This document shows positions 1 to 9,501 of a stretch of DNA of 64,000 nucleotides, piece by piece. Origin of the DNA: a virus (taxonomy: Duplodnaviria > Caudoviricetes); IMG/VR virus record IMGVR_UViG_3300021256_002372, positions 1-64,000 of that record; one strand, written 5' to 3'. The translations under genes were made by a program, and so were the position numbers. Positions within the stretch are counted from its first letter, which is position 1, and each line of letters begins with the position of its first letter. The notes under the pieces were generated by a model. It worked only from the letters and a program-made list of their open reading frames with translations. It was not told the origin of the DNA and made no database searches.

Positions 1-284
1 CCAAAACGAAAGCGGCTGAGCTGCTCGGTGTCTCCCGCACAACGCTGCGCAATATGATGGCGGAAAACAGCAAGCCCACGTATAAGCAATATGAGGATTT
101 TCCGGAAGGATTTGCAGCGATGTATTCTGAATATCTCGCCGGAAATATCAACATACCGGAAATGGTGCTTGCGCTCAGAAAGCCCCGCCGCGAAGTCGAG
201 CTGCTGATCCGCCGTTACACGGCTCTGCTGAAAGAGATGGACGATGCAGACTCAGAGCCCATTGTGATTCCGGAAAGCTCTTGA
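1..284 (+). CDS. 5'-truncated protein with Fis/resolvase-type HTH (C-terminal part)
   Basis: Frame is open from base 3 (KTKAAELLGVSRTTLRN, an HTH motif) into ORF 54..284. Confidence 0.6.
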   Translation, partial: KTKAAELLGVSRTTLRNMMAENSKPTYKQYEDFPEGFAAMYSEYLAGNINIPEMVLALRKPRREVELLIRRYTALLKEMDDADSEPIVIPESS

Positions 285-339
285 CATTTCTACGGAAACC
301 TGCTAGGTTTCGCAAGGAACCGAAACAAAAATATGACGT

Positions 340-373
340 AAAGAGCTTTGCTGGAAACTGCAAGGCTCTTTTG
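340..373 (+). terminator. Intrinsic terminator
   Basis: aaagagctttgc/gcaaggctcttt hairpin followed by a T-rich tract. Confidence 0.6.
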
Positions 374-416
374 ATTTGATGTTACCAAACTGTATCAGTT
401 TTTCCTGAATTTGCTC

Positions 417-445
417 TTGACTTTTTTGAGAAAATCGAGTACAAT
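417..445 (+). promoter_or_regulatory. Sigma70/SigA promoter for the structured RNA + PBECR4 unit
   Basis: TTGACT(417-422)-17 bp-TACAAT(440-445). Confidence 0.75.
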
Positions 446-450
446 ATATA

Positions 451-650
451 TAGGAACCATGAGTTCCTAGCGTGAGACTGACACGCCAATAAATCCGAAA
501 GAAAGCTGGATTTATGGGTCAGCGTAGTTGGCAGGCAACCTAAAAACCTGAAAGATGCTAGACGCAAGTGCTAGCGTAGTTGGCGGACAACGGAAAAATC
601 AGTCACTAAGGGGAGATGACTTTCGCTGCGGCAAAGCATCTCCCCTTTAA
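451..650 (+). ncRNA. Putative structured RNA (hairpins, two 19-nt repeats with pseudoknot potential) ending in a terminator; candidate RNA antitoxin
   Basis: Stems 451-469, 470-486, 489-515, 555-577; repeats agcgtagttggc(ag/gg)(g/a)caac at 521-539 and 573-591; terminator aaggggagatg/catctcccctt 608-647. Confidence 0.55.
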
Positions 651-671
651 ATTTATTTGCAAGGTGGAAAA

Positions 672-1583
672 ATGAAAAAGAATGAAGCAATAAATATAAT
701 CGTCCAAGCCGCAAAATATTTCAATTTGAATTTGCGCAGAAAGAATTTCCTGATCGTCTTTGGAACTCCAAACAAACCAGAGTGTATAGAAGCCCGATTC
801 CCTATTAGTAGCTTTGTTCATCTTACAGGTATTGTCCTTAATCAATCAAGACTCACACAGGAGCATCTTGAAAAGAAAACGAACGTGAACGAACTATTTT
901 ATGAAAAAGCAATCCATGAAAGAATATCTCCTTCTGATTTTTATTTCAAGAGCGATGGCACAACAGAATTAAAATTGTCTGTGCTGTCTCAGGCTATTGA
1001 TATATTGCACAATGCCAAAATGATTGGTGATTTCAAAGGAAATCATTGCAAATTGGAGACTGATAAATTAGCTGGCAGTGTGTATTCGGTATTAGGATTT
1101 GTTCGGGCAGGAAAGTATTATGTACCCAATACCGTTTTGGCTGCGGATACAAGAGATGAGGTGATAAAACCGCAGAAGGTATTAGCGATATTAAGCAAAG
1201 AAGAAGATTTGTCTTATTCACAAATCGAATACACCGCTAAAAAGATAGACATTCAGAGACTATTGGCTTTGGTTAGCAAAACATGGAATATCTCACAATC
1301 ACTTCTTCGAGAAAAAGCTGATTCTGTTCAAGAACGGCTTGCTGCAAATCATAATGAAGCTCCTCAATCCTCTGCACCCCAGCCAAAGACTAATCTCTCG
1401 GATCAAACTCAGAAAGATCAGGATTCGCATCATGTGCAGCAGACAGCAAAGCACAAGCCATTCACACTGTCCGGGGCCAAACGCTCAGCGATCGCCGCAA
1501 ATGCCGAGCGTGCCGGTCATAAGGAAAAGCCGCAGCAGCGTCCTGCAACGGTTCATAAACGCGATGATGATACGCTCTCCTGA
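672..1583 (+). CDS. PBECR4-domain (Barnase/EndoU/RelE-like) predicted RNase with low-complexity C-terminal tail
   Basis: AAKYFNLNL..KNFLIV..F..SSFVHLTG..DGTT.LKL.VL..YVPNTVL pattern typical of PBECR4; RBS aaggtgg before ATG 672. Confidence 0.75.
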   Translation: MKKNEAINIIVQAAKYFNLNLRRKNFLIVFGTPNKPECIEARFPISSFVHLTGIVLNQSRLTQEHLEKKTNVNELFYEKAIHERISPSDFYFKSDGTTELKLSVLSQAIDILHNAKMIGDFKGNHCKLETDKLAGSVYSVLGFVRAGKYYVPNTVLAADTRDEVIKPQKVLAILSKEEDLSYSQIEYTAKKIDIQRLLALVSKTWNISQSLLREKADSVQERLAANHNEAPQSSAPQPKTNLSDQTQKDQDSHHVQQTAKHKPFTLSGAKRSAIAANAERAGHKEKPQQRPATVHKRDDDTLS

Positions 1584-1603
1584 TCCGCATACTATATAAT
1601 TAG

Positions 1604-1640
1604 AACCGCCCTGTGAGTGTTTTCGCTCACAGGGCTGTTT
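1604..1640. terminator. Bidirectional terminator between convergent genes
   Basis: gccctgtgagtg/cgctcacagggc hairpin. Confidence 0.7.
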
Positions 1641-1642
1641 CA

Positions 1643-1921
1643 TTAGTCGCAGGGCTTACTGACCACGCGATCGACATACAGACCGCCGTCAATCTTTGCC
1701 TGCTCCATGACCCACAGGAAGGTGTCCATGAGATCTGCAAACTCGACGTCATCTTCGACGTAAGATGCCAGATCCTCGTCAGTCGTGTCGGGGCGAATAT
1801 CTCCGTCGGCTACGCCGAGGGTCAGCCAGGTCATGATGTATGCCTCATTGTTGACCGCCCGAACCAGCAGATCCATTGCGCGAACAATCTCGCAGCGTGC
1901 TTTCATATCCATAACAACCAT
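1643..1921 (-). CDS. Hypothetical protein (92 aa, acidic)
   Basis: ORF with RBS gaaagg, its own promoter and a terminator. Confidence 0.65.
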   Translation of the reverse strand: MVVMDMKARCEIVRAMDLLVRAVNNEAYIMTWLTLGVADGDIRPDTTDEDLASYVEDDVEFADLMDTFLWVMEQAKIDGGLYVDRVVSKPCD

Positions 1922-1977
1922 CCTTTCTGCCGGGATTTGCCGCCCGGCTCGGCATCTGTGTTTTCTTTGACAATATC

Positions 1978-2095
1978 ATCATACTACATATTACGTAATA
2001 TGTCAATTAGCATATTACGCAATATGCAGACAGTATTTCCATTTCATCTTTATGCACAATCACATATTGCACAATATGTAAAATTGTGGTATACT
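1978..2095. promoter_or_regulatory. Divergent SigA promoters with three 18-bp palindromic operators
   Basis: Minus: TTGACA(2006-2001)-17-TATGAT; plus: TTGCAC(2067)-17-TATACT(2090); palindromes RCATATTnnnnAATATGY at 1986, 2010, 2062. Confidence 0.7.
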
Positions 2096-2138
2096 GAATG
2101 ACAACAGGCATATTCAAACGATACCAGGAGGTTTTCTT

Positions 2139-2327
2139 ATGGATAAAAAAGAACAGATCAGCTATCAGAACAAATACATCGCTGAGAAGTATGATCGTTT
2201 TACAGCGACCTTCCCAGCCGGCAAGAAAGACGTATACCGGGAGCAAGCTGCCAAGAATGGTGAGAGCCTGAATGCGTATATCAACCGCCTGATTGAAGAA
2301 GATATTTTACGGCAATCGGAAAAGTGA
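2139..2327 (+). CDS. Ribbon-helix-helix (Arc/CopG-like) DNA-binding protein
   Basis: YDRFTATFPAGKKD..A...GESLNAYINRLI pattern; RBS aggagg. Confidence 0.75.
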   Translation: MDKKEQISYQNKYIAEKYDRFTATFPAGKKDVYREQAAKNGESLNAYINRLIEEDILRQSEK

Positions 2328-2361
2328 TTGCAATATATATAGTATAGGAGCGTATACCGAA

Positions 2362-4122
2362 ATGGACGATAAAATCACAATCGTCGGCACGAACATTGCC
2401 GAAAAAGCCACAATGATCTGGAATGTCGCAGATATGCTGCGCGGACCGTTCAAGCCGCATGAATACGGCCTTGTCATCCTTCCGATGACAGTAGTCAAGC
2501 GGTTTCACGACTGCCTGCTGCCGACGCATGACAAGGTGCTGGCAGAATACGAAAGCAAGAAAGGTCTTGCGGTCATCGACGGCTTCCTGACACGGGCATC
2601 CGGTTACCAGTTCTACAACACAAGCAAATACACCTTCGATCTGCTCTGCGCCGATCCCGATAACATCGAGGCGAATTTCCGTGACTACCTCGCCGGATTC
2701 TCCGCGAATGTGCAGGATGTGCTTGCGAAATTCGACTTTGACGCGATCATCCGCCGCATGGTCGAGAGCAACACGCTCTATCTCGTCATCAAGGAATTCA
2801 ACTCGCAGAAGGGCTATCTCGGTCCGGACAAGATCAGCGCGGTGGACTGCGGCTACATCTTCGAGGATCTGGTCAAGCGGTTCTCGGAATCCTTCGGTGA
2901 GGAAGCCGGAGCGCACTTCACCAGCCGCGATGTCATCTACATGATGACCGACCTGCTGCTCTCCGATGCCGACCTCTCCAAGAACGGCAATGTCACGGTC
3001 TATGACATGGCAATGGGAACATCGCAAATGCTTTCCTGCATGGAAGAACGCATCCATGATCTCAATTCGGAAATGGATGTCACCTGCTTCGGGCAGGAGT
3101 TCAACCCGTCAACATTCGCAATCGCAAAGGCGGATATGATGATCCGCGGCGGCGATCCGAATAATATGCGGTTCGGTGACACGCTCTCCGAGGATCAGTT
3201 CAGCGGCTATCAGTTCCAGTACATCATCTCAAATCCGCCGTTCGGCATCGACTGGAAGCGCGAGCAGAAAGCCGTCGAAGCGGAGGCGAAAAAGGGAGAG
3301 CTGGGACGCTTTGCGCCTGGTCTGCCGAAGATCTCCGACGGACAGCAGCTCTTTGTGCTGAACGGTCTTGCGAAGCTGCGCACGGACGGCAAAATGGCGA
3401 TCATTCAGAACGGCTCACCGCTGTTTTCCGGTGATGCCGGCAGCGGACCGTCTGAAATTCGCCGCTATATCCTCGAAAATGACTGGCTCGACTGCATCAT
3501 TCAGCTTTCGACCGATATGTTCATGAACACGGGCATCAGCACATATATCTGGGTATTGAACAAGAATAAGCTGGCGCACCGCGCCGGGCAGGTGCAGCTC
3601 ATTGACGCTTCACACTGCCGCGAGCAGCGCCGCAAGTCGATCGGCTTCAAGCGCTATGACATCACCGACACCTGCCGCGAGCTGATCGTCCGCGCATACG
3701 GTGAATTCCGCGACGATGCGATCTACGGCGACAAGGACGGCATCTATTGCCACAGCAAGATTTTTGACAGCGCCGAATTCGGCTATCGCAAGATCACAGT
3801 CGAGCGTCCGGAGCTGGATGCAGACGGCAAGCCGGTTCTGAAAAAAGGCAAGCCGGTTGCGGATGCGGCGCGGCGCGACACGGAAAATGTGCCGCTGATC
3901 GAGGACATTGACGCCTATTTTGCGCGGGAGGTGCTGCCCTATGCGCCGGATGCGTGGATCGACACGAAGAAAACGAAGGTCGGCTATGAGATTCCGATGA
4001 CGCGCTATTTCTACGAGTACAAAGCGCCGGAGAAGGTTGAAGACATTATGGCGCGGCTTTCCGGCATTGAGGCGGAGATTCAGCAGAGCCTTTCTGCACT
4101 CTTTGGGGGTGAACAGGCATGA
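2362..4122 (+). CDS. hsdM: Type I RM methyltransferase subunit M
   Basis: IWNVADMLRG N-terminus, GAHFTSRDV, YDMAMGT (motif I variant), NPPF motif IV; start at ATG 2362 after RBS aggag. Confidence 0.95.
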   Translation: MDDKITIVGTNIAEKATMIWNVADMLRGPFKPHEYGLVILPMTVVKRFHDCLLPTHDKVLAEYESKKGLAVIDGFLTRASGYQFYNTSKYTFDLLCADPDNIEANFRDYLAGFSANVQDVLAKFDFDAIIRRMVESNTLYLVIKEFNSQKGYLGPDKISAVDCGYIFEDLVKRFSESFGEEAGAHFTSRDVIYMMTDLLLSDADLSKNGNVTVYDMAMGTSQMLSCMEERIHDLNSEMDVTCFGQEFNPSTFAIAKADMMIRGGDPNNMRFGDTLSEDQFSGYQFQYIISNPPFGIDWKREQKAVEAEAKKGELGRFAPGLPKISDGQQLFVLNGLAKLRTDGKMAIIQNGSPLFSGDAGSGPSEIRRYILENDWLDCIIQLSTDMFMNTGISTYIWVLNKNKLAHRAGQVQLIDASHCREQRRKSIGFKRYDITDTCRELIVRAYGEFRDDAIYGDKDGIYCHSKIFDSAEFGYRKITVERPELDADGKPVLKKGKPVADAARRDTENVPLIEDIDAYFAREVLPYAPDAWIDTKKTKVGYEIPMTRYFYEYKAPEKVEDIMARLSGIEAEIQQSLSALFGGEQA

Positions 4123-4562
4123 GCAAGCCGGAGGAAAAGCAAATCACGCTGACAGCATCTGAACTTGAAAACATCATTCGTTCGGCTGTGAAAAATGCGC
4201 TGCGCGATCTGGATGCTGAGAAAGATCTGCCCGTCAATGATGTGAACGAAAGAAATGTTGCACCTGCGTCCTTTTCACTTCTGGAAGCTATTGCAACGAC
4301 TGCGCTTTGGCTTTTTGCTGTATTTACTGGTGTTGGCGTATATGTGTGCGGAAAAATTATGTATGAAACCGGTTTCAGTTGGATTGCTCTGTTATATTTG
4401 TTCGACTTAGGCTTTATTACAATTCTTGCGGTTGCCGCAGCATTTGAATTGTACAGAACAAAGAAACTGGAAGTATTGAACTCCGTTTTTTCCGCAATTA
4501 TGGCTTTCTCCACGCTGCTTGTCGCAATCGCAAGCGCGGTGTTTGCTTACAAGGCACTGTAA
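4119..4562 (+). CDS. Membrane protein (about 3 TM) inserted in the hsd operon
   Basis: Hydrophobic segments; ATGA overlap with hsdM stop. Confidence 0.7.
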   Translation: MSKPEEKQITLTASELENIIRSAVKNALRDLDAEKDLPVNDVNERNVAPASFSLLEAIATTALWLFAVFTGVGVYVCGKIMYETGFSWIALLYLFDLGFITILAVAAAFELYRTKKLEVLNSVFSAIMAFSTLLVAIASAVFAYKAL

Positions 4563-4576
4563 AGGGGTGAAAGATT

Positions 4577-5839
4577 TTGAGAAAAATGAAAGCCAGCGGC
4601 ATTGAATGGATCGGGGAGATTCCGGAGAGTTGGGAAACTACTAGGCATAAGTATGTAATGCACAAGGAGAAAAACATTTGTGAGCATTACAATGGTGAAG
4701 ATATTATTTCTCTCACGATGAATGGTGTTATTGTTCGGGACCTTGATGCAGGAGGAAAAATGCCTACCACCTTTGACGGCTATCAATATGTGGAACCGAA
4801 TAAACTGTTGCTTTGTTTATTTGATATTGATGTAACACCACGCTGTGTAGGCGTTATTAGAGACTACGGCCTTACAAGTCCTGCGTACAGCAAATTTGTA
4901 CTCCATGACGGGTGTCATATTGAATACTATGATTATTTGCTGAGAGCGATTGATGATGATAAGGTGCTTGTTCATCTGGCGAAAAACCTTCGTAGCTCTT
5001 TTACTGAAACCGATTTTTGTGCATTACCAACAATCGCTCCGCCACTCCCAGAACAACAAGCAATCTCCGCCTACCTCGACCGCCAATGCGCATTGATTGA
5101 CAGCGTGACGGAGAAAACAAAAGCCTCGATCGAGGAATACAAAAAGCTGCGGCAGGCGGTCATCACGCAGGCTGTGACAAAGGGCGTGCGCGGCGACAGA
5201 CCGATGAAGGATTCCGGCATTGAGTGGATTGGGGAGATTCCGGAGGAGTGGAAAGTTTACCGAATCGCAAACCTCTACACAGAGCGAAAAGAACAGGGAA
5301 ACGATGAACTTCCAATTCTCACGGTATCTATCAACACCGGCGTTTCTGACCGTGAATTAGCAGACGATGAAACCGCGAGAGTGTTTGTCCGGAGTGAGGA
5401 TAAATCCAAGTATATGAAAGTATGCCCCGGCGACCTAACATATAATATGATGCGTGCATGGCAAGGGGCTTTCGGTGCTGTTCGTGTTGAAGGCATGGTC
5501 AGTCCTGCTTATGTCATCGCAAAGCCGAAACGGGATATTGACAGCAGATATATGGAAGCGCTGCTCAGAACCCCTGCGGCAAAGGAAGAAATGAAGCGCT
5601 ATTCTCACGGCATAACAGATTTCAGACTCCGCTTGTATTGGGAGAAATTCAAGTGTATCAAAATCTGTTTTCCGTCTGTTGAAGAACAGCGCGAAATCGC
5701 AGATTACATTGACGCAAAATGCGCCGAAATCGACGCGCTTATCACCAAAAAAGAAACTTTCCTCACCGAACTGGAATCCTACAAAAAAGCCCTCATTTAT
5801 GAATATGTCACGGGCAAAAAGGAGGTGCCGCAGGCATGA
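4577..5839 (+). CDS. hsdS: Type I RM specificity subunit S
   Basis: Two MKxSGIEWIGEIP repeats, two TRDs, PPLPEQ and EYVTGKK conserved regions. Confidence 0.95.
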   Translation: MRKMKASGIEWIGEIPESWETTRHKYVMHKEKNICEHYNGEDIISLTMNGVIVRDLDAGGKMPTTFDGYQYVEPNKLLLCLFDIDVTPRCVGVIRDYGLTSPAYSKFVLHDGCHIEYYDYLLRAIDDDKVLVHLAKNLRSSFTETDFCALPTIAPPLPEQQAISAYLDRQCALIDSVTEKTKASIEEYKKLRQAVITQAVTKGVRGDRPMKDSGIEWIGEIPEEWKVYRIANLYTERKEQGNDELPILTVSINTGVSDRELADDETARVFVRSEDKSKYMKVCPGDLTYNMMRAWQGAFGAVRVEGMVSPAYVIAKPKRDIDSRYMEALLRTPAAKEEMKRYSHGITDFRLRLYWEKFKCIKICFPSVEEQREIADYIDAKCAEIDALITKKETFLTELESYKKALIYEYVTGKKEVPQA

Positions 5840-6417
5840 ATGTGCATCTTGATGCCAAGAATCTAGCGGATGTCATTAAGTCGCTGCCCTATAAGGCGAT
5901 TCTGCTTATCATCTCGATCATATCTGCATTACTGATTTTCTTACCGGACGCTGCGTTAAAGAAAATGTTTCTTTTGGACTTTAGAAATAAAATAGGAACA
6001 TTTCTGGGCGTTATTTTCATTTTCTCCATATGTCTTACTGCTTATTTTTATATTTCAGCTTATATTCATGAACGGCGAATCAAAAGTGAATTGTCGGGAA
6101 AGAAAGCAATAGCAAAAATAAGTGAATTATCATCTCTTGAAAAGCAGATTGTATGTTATCTGTATCATAATCCAGAAAAAACAACTTTTTTGCCAAGTTC
6201 TAACCCAACTATTGCCAGCTTAAAGCATAAACTCATAATTGCTGAAACAAGCAATGTTGGCTCTATGTTAGGATTAGAACAGATTTATCCATTTCATCTT
6301 CATCCGTGGGTTATAGAAACAATCAAAAAGAAACCGGATATTCTTCGTGGAATACCCCATGGTCTACCGACCATATTTGCAGATTATCAAGATATATATT
6401 CTATTCCAATAATGTAA
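5836..6417 (+). CDS. Superinfection-exclusion B (SieB)-like membrane protein
   Basis: Two N-terminal TM helices (LIFLPD...IGTFLGVIF) then LSSLEKQIV helical domain; AT-rich compared with hsd genes. Confidence 0.55.
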   Translation: MNVHLDAKNLADVIKSLPYKAILLIISIISALLIFLPDAALKKMFLLDFRNKIGTFLGVIFIFSICLTAYFYISAYIHERRIKSELSGKKAIAKISELSSLEKQIVCYLYHNPEKTTFLPSSNPTIASLKHKLIIAETSNVGSMLGLEQIYPFHLHPWVIETIKKKPDILRGIPHGLPTIFADYQDIYSIPIM

Positions 6418-6432
6418 GGAGGTGTCGTAGCC

Positions 6433-9432
6433 TTGAACACCACCGAAAAACAGTTTGAATCCGACATTCACGCCGCGATGCTCGCGGGCGGCTACACCGT
6501 CAACCGCGACACCTACGACGCGAAAAATGCGCTGTTCCTTGATACACTCATCCGCTTTGTGCAGCGCACGCAGCCGAAAGCGTGGCAGCGCTTCGAGACG
6601 CAGAGCGGCACGCCGGAAAAATTCGCGCGCGCCTTCCAGACCGCTGTCGATACAGACGGCGTGCTGTCCGTCCTGCGAAACGGCTTCAAGCATCGGGGCA
6701 TCCCGTTCCGCGTCTGCTATTTCAAGCCGGAATCGGGGCTCAATCAGACCGCGCTCGACAACTACGCCGCGAACGAGATCACCGTCAACCGGCAGTGGTA
6801 TTATTCGCCGGATTGCCGCAATTCCGTCGATATGGTCATCGCCGTGAACGGCATTCCTGTGTTCGCATTCGAGCTGAAAAATCAGTATACGGGGCAGAAT
6901 ATCGAGGACAGCAAGCGCCAGTGGATGTACGACCGCGATGCGCGGGAGCTGTGTTTCCGCTTCAACAGCCGCATTCTCGCGTTCTTCTGTGTTGATCTGC
7001 TCGAAGCCGCCATGACGACCAAACTCGACGGCAAAAGCACATATTTCCTGCCGTTCAATCAGGGCAGCAACGGCGCGGGTGAGGACGGCGGCAAGGGCAA
7101 TCCTGCCAATCCTGATGGCTACCCGACTGCGTATCTCTGGGAGCGAGTATTCCAGAAAGACAGCATGATGGACATTTTGCAGAAGTTCATGAGCCTGAAA
7201 ATCGACACCGAAAAGAAACTGCTCCCCGACGGCAGGGAGCAGGTCACGAAGAAGAAAAATCTCCTGTTTCCGCGCTTTCATCAGCTTCATGTCGTGCGCA
7301 GTCTCATTGCAGATGTGCGCGAAAACGGCGCGGGGCATAACTATCTGATTCAGCACAGCGCAGGCTCTGGCAAGTCCAATTCGATTGCATGGACGGCATA
7401 CCGGCTCGCTTCGCTGTTCAATGACGAGGACAAACCGGTCTTTTCCAGCGTGATTATTGTCACCGACCGCCGTGTGCTCGATCAGCAGTTACAGGAGACG
7501 ATCTCCGGCTTTGACCACAAGCTCGGCGTGGTCGAGACGATCGACGAGAAGAAGAATTCCCGCGATCTGCGCGACGCACTCAACAGCGGCGTGCGCATTA
7601 TTGTCACGACCTTGCAGAAGTTCCCTGTGATCTATCAGGAGGTGGACAGTGCCGCGGGGCGCAATTTCGCCGTGATCGTGGACGAGGCGCATTCCTCGCA
7701 GACCGGCAGCTCCGCAATCAAGCTGAAAACCGCCCTTGCCGATACCGAAGAAGCGCTCCGCGAATATGCGGAGATCGAGGGCAAAGCCGAGGACGAGATT
7801 GACCGCAACGATCCCATTTTGCAGGAGATGCTCACGCACGGCAAGCATCCGAATCTGTCGTTTTTTGCATTCACCGCAACGCCCAAGCCCGAAACGCTGG
7901 AGATGTTCGGCGATCAGTGGGAAGACGGCACATTCCACCCGTTCCATATTTACAGTATGCGGCAGGCGATCGAAGAAGGCTTTATCCTCGATGTGCTGCG
8001 CAATTATATGACCTACAAGACCTGCTATCAGATCGCAAAGAATACGCCGGAGAATCCGGAGCTGCCGGAGAGCCGCGCAACCAAACTCATCAAGAAATAT
8101 CAGCAGCTGCACCCGTATATCATCAGTCAGAAAACAGCGATCATCGTCGAGACATTCCGCGATACCACGCGCCATAAGATCGGCGGCAAGGGCAAAATGA
8201 TGATCGTGACGGATTCCCGTCTTGCTGCGGTGCGCTATTTCCATGAGATCAAGCGGTATATTGCCGAGCATCACTATGAGGATATGGACGTGCTGACGGC
8301 GTTTTCCGGCGCGGTACAGGATGACGGCGAGGAATACACGGAGAGCGGGCTCAATGTCCGCAAGGACGGCAGCCACATTGCCGAATCGCAGACAAAGGCG
8401 GAGTTCCACGAGAATTTCAATCTGCTGGTTGTCGCGGAGAAGTATCAGACAGGCTTTGACGAGCCGCTGCTGCACACGATGATCGTAGACAAGAAGCTGA
8501 AAGGCGTCAAGGCGGTGCAGACGCTCTCCCGCCTGAACCGCACCTGCCCCGGCAAGGTCGATACCTTTGTGCTGGATTTTGCCAATAAGCAGGAGGATAT
8601 TCTCAAGGCGTTCCAGCCGTTCTATCAGGAGACATTTTTAGAGCAGGAGGTCAACACCGATCTGATCTACCAGACCGAGAAAGAGCTGCTGAATTATGCA
8701 ATCTATAGCAGTGAGGATATTGCGGCATTTATCAAAGTCTGGGAAACCGGTCAGGACAGCGCTGCTATGGGCAGGATGACAAGCGTGCTGAAACCGGTCG
8801 CTGACCGCTATCATGCTAAGAATCCGGAGGAGCGGTATCAGTTTCGCAGAAAGGTGCGGCAGTTGATTCGCTGGTATAACTATGTCACACAGGTTGTCCG
8901 GATGTTTGACGAGGAAATGCACAGGGAGTTTCTGTTCCTGCGCTATCTGATTCATCTGCTGCCCGCAGACGAAAAAGGTGTGATTGATCTGGAAGGCAAG
9001 CTGAAATTGGAATACTACAAGCTGAAAAAGACTTTTGAGGGCGAAATCAGGCTCCAGAATCTTGACGGCGAGTATGTTCCGGCAAAGCAGAAGGGCGCAG
9101 CCGGTTCGCAGAAAAAGAGCACCCTTGACGAGATCCTCGAACGGATCAATGAGAAGTACAAAGGACAGTTTACCGATGCGGACCGCGTAATTATCGACGC
9201 GCTGCACCAGAAGCTGATGAAGAACAAGAAGCTCGCTGATTCCGCACGAACAGCCGATCCGACGATCTTCACGGAGAGCATCTTCCCGTCTGCATTTGAG
9301 ACAGCGGCAATGGACAGCTATACGGAATCGCAGGAGAGCTTTGCATCGCTCTTTGCCGATCAGAGCAAGTTCAATGCGATCATGAGCGCGCTCGCCGGTG
9401 TGATTTATCGGAAGATGAGAAAACAGCCTTAA
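6433..9432 (+). CDS. hsdR: Type I RM restriction subunit R
   Basis: D..VNGIPV..ELK nuclease motif, HSAGSGKS Walker A, DEAH, FTATP, QTLSRLNR. Confidence 0.95.
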   Translation: MNTTEKQFESDIHAAMLAGGYTVNRDTYDAKNALFLDTLIRFVQRTQPKAWQRFETQSGTPEKFARAFQTAVDTDGVLSVLRNGFKHRGIPFRVCYFKPESGLNQTALDNYAANEITVNRQWYYSPDCRNSVDMVIAVNGIPVFAFELKNQYTGQNIEDSKRQWMYDRDARELCFRFNSRILAFFCVDLLEAAMTTKLDGKSTYFLPFNQGSNGAGEDGGKGNPANPDGYPTAYLWERVFQKDSMMDILQKFMSLKIDTEKKLLPDGREQVTKKKNLLFPRFHQLHVVRSLIADVRENGAGHNYLIQHSAGSGKSNSIAWTAYRLASLFNDEDKPVFSSVIIVTDRRVLDQQLQETISGFDHKLGVVETIDEKKNSRDLRDALNSGVRIIVTTLQKFPVIYQEVDSAAGRNFAVIVDEAHSSQTGSSAIKLKTALADTEEALREYAEIEGKAEDEIDRNDPILQEMLTHGKHPNLSFFAFTATPKPETLEMFGDQWEDGTFHPFHIYSMRQAIEEGFILDVLRNYMTYKTCYQIAKNTPENPELPESRATKLIKKYQQLHPYIISQKTAIIVETFRDTTRHKIGGKGKMMIVTDSRLAAVRYFHEIKRYIAEHHYEDMDVLTAFSGAVQDDGEEYTESGLNVRKDGSHIAESQTKAEFHENFNLLVVAEKYQTGFDEPLLHTMIVDKKLKGVKAVQTLSRLNRTCPGKVDTFVLDFANKQEDILKAFQPFYQETFLEQEVNTDLIYQTEKELLNYAIYSSEDIAAFIKVWETGQDSAAMGRMTSVLKPVADRYHAKNPEERYQFRRKVRQLIRWYNYVTQVVRMFDEEMHREFLFLRYLIHLLPADEKGVIDLEGKLKLEYYKLKKTFEGEIRLQNLDGEYVPAKQKGAAGSQKKSTLDEILERINEKYKGQFTDADRVIIDALHQKLMKNKKLADSARTADPTIFTESIFPSAFETAAMDSYTESQESFASLFADQSKFNAIMSALAGVIYRKMRKQP

Positions 9433-9501
9433 TTGATATGAACTACATGTAGCGCCTTAGTATACCTGAAATAACAAAAGCCTGAAAGGAATGAAAAAAT
9501 T

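Noticed and set aside
4583-5250. hsdS shufflon or phase variation via the repeated SGIEWIGEIPE coding sequence
   Set aside because: These are the ordinary internal direct repeats of HsdS; no inverted partial hsdS copies or invertase nearby.
6364-9207. Long antisense ORFs opposite hsdR (and similarly hsdM, relaxase, parA/B)
   Set aside because: Shadow ORFs caused by GC-rich codon bias of the real genes.
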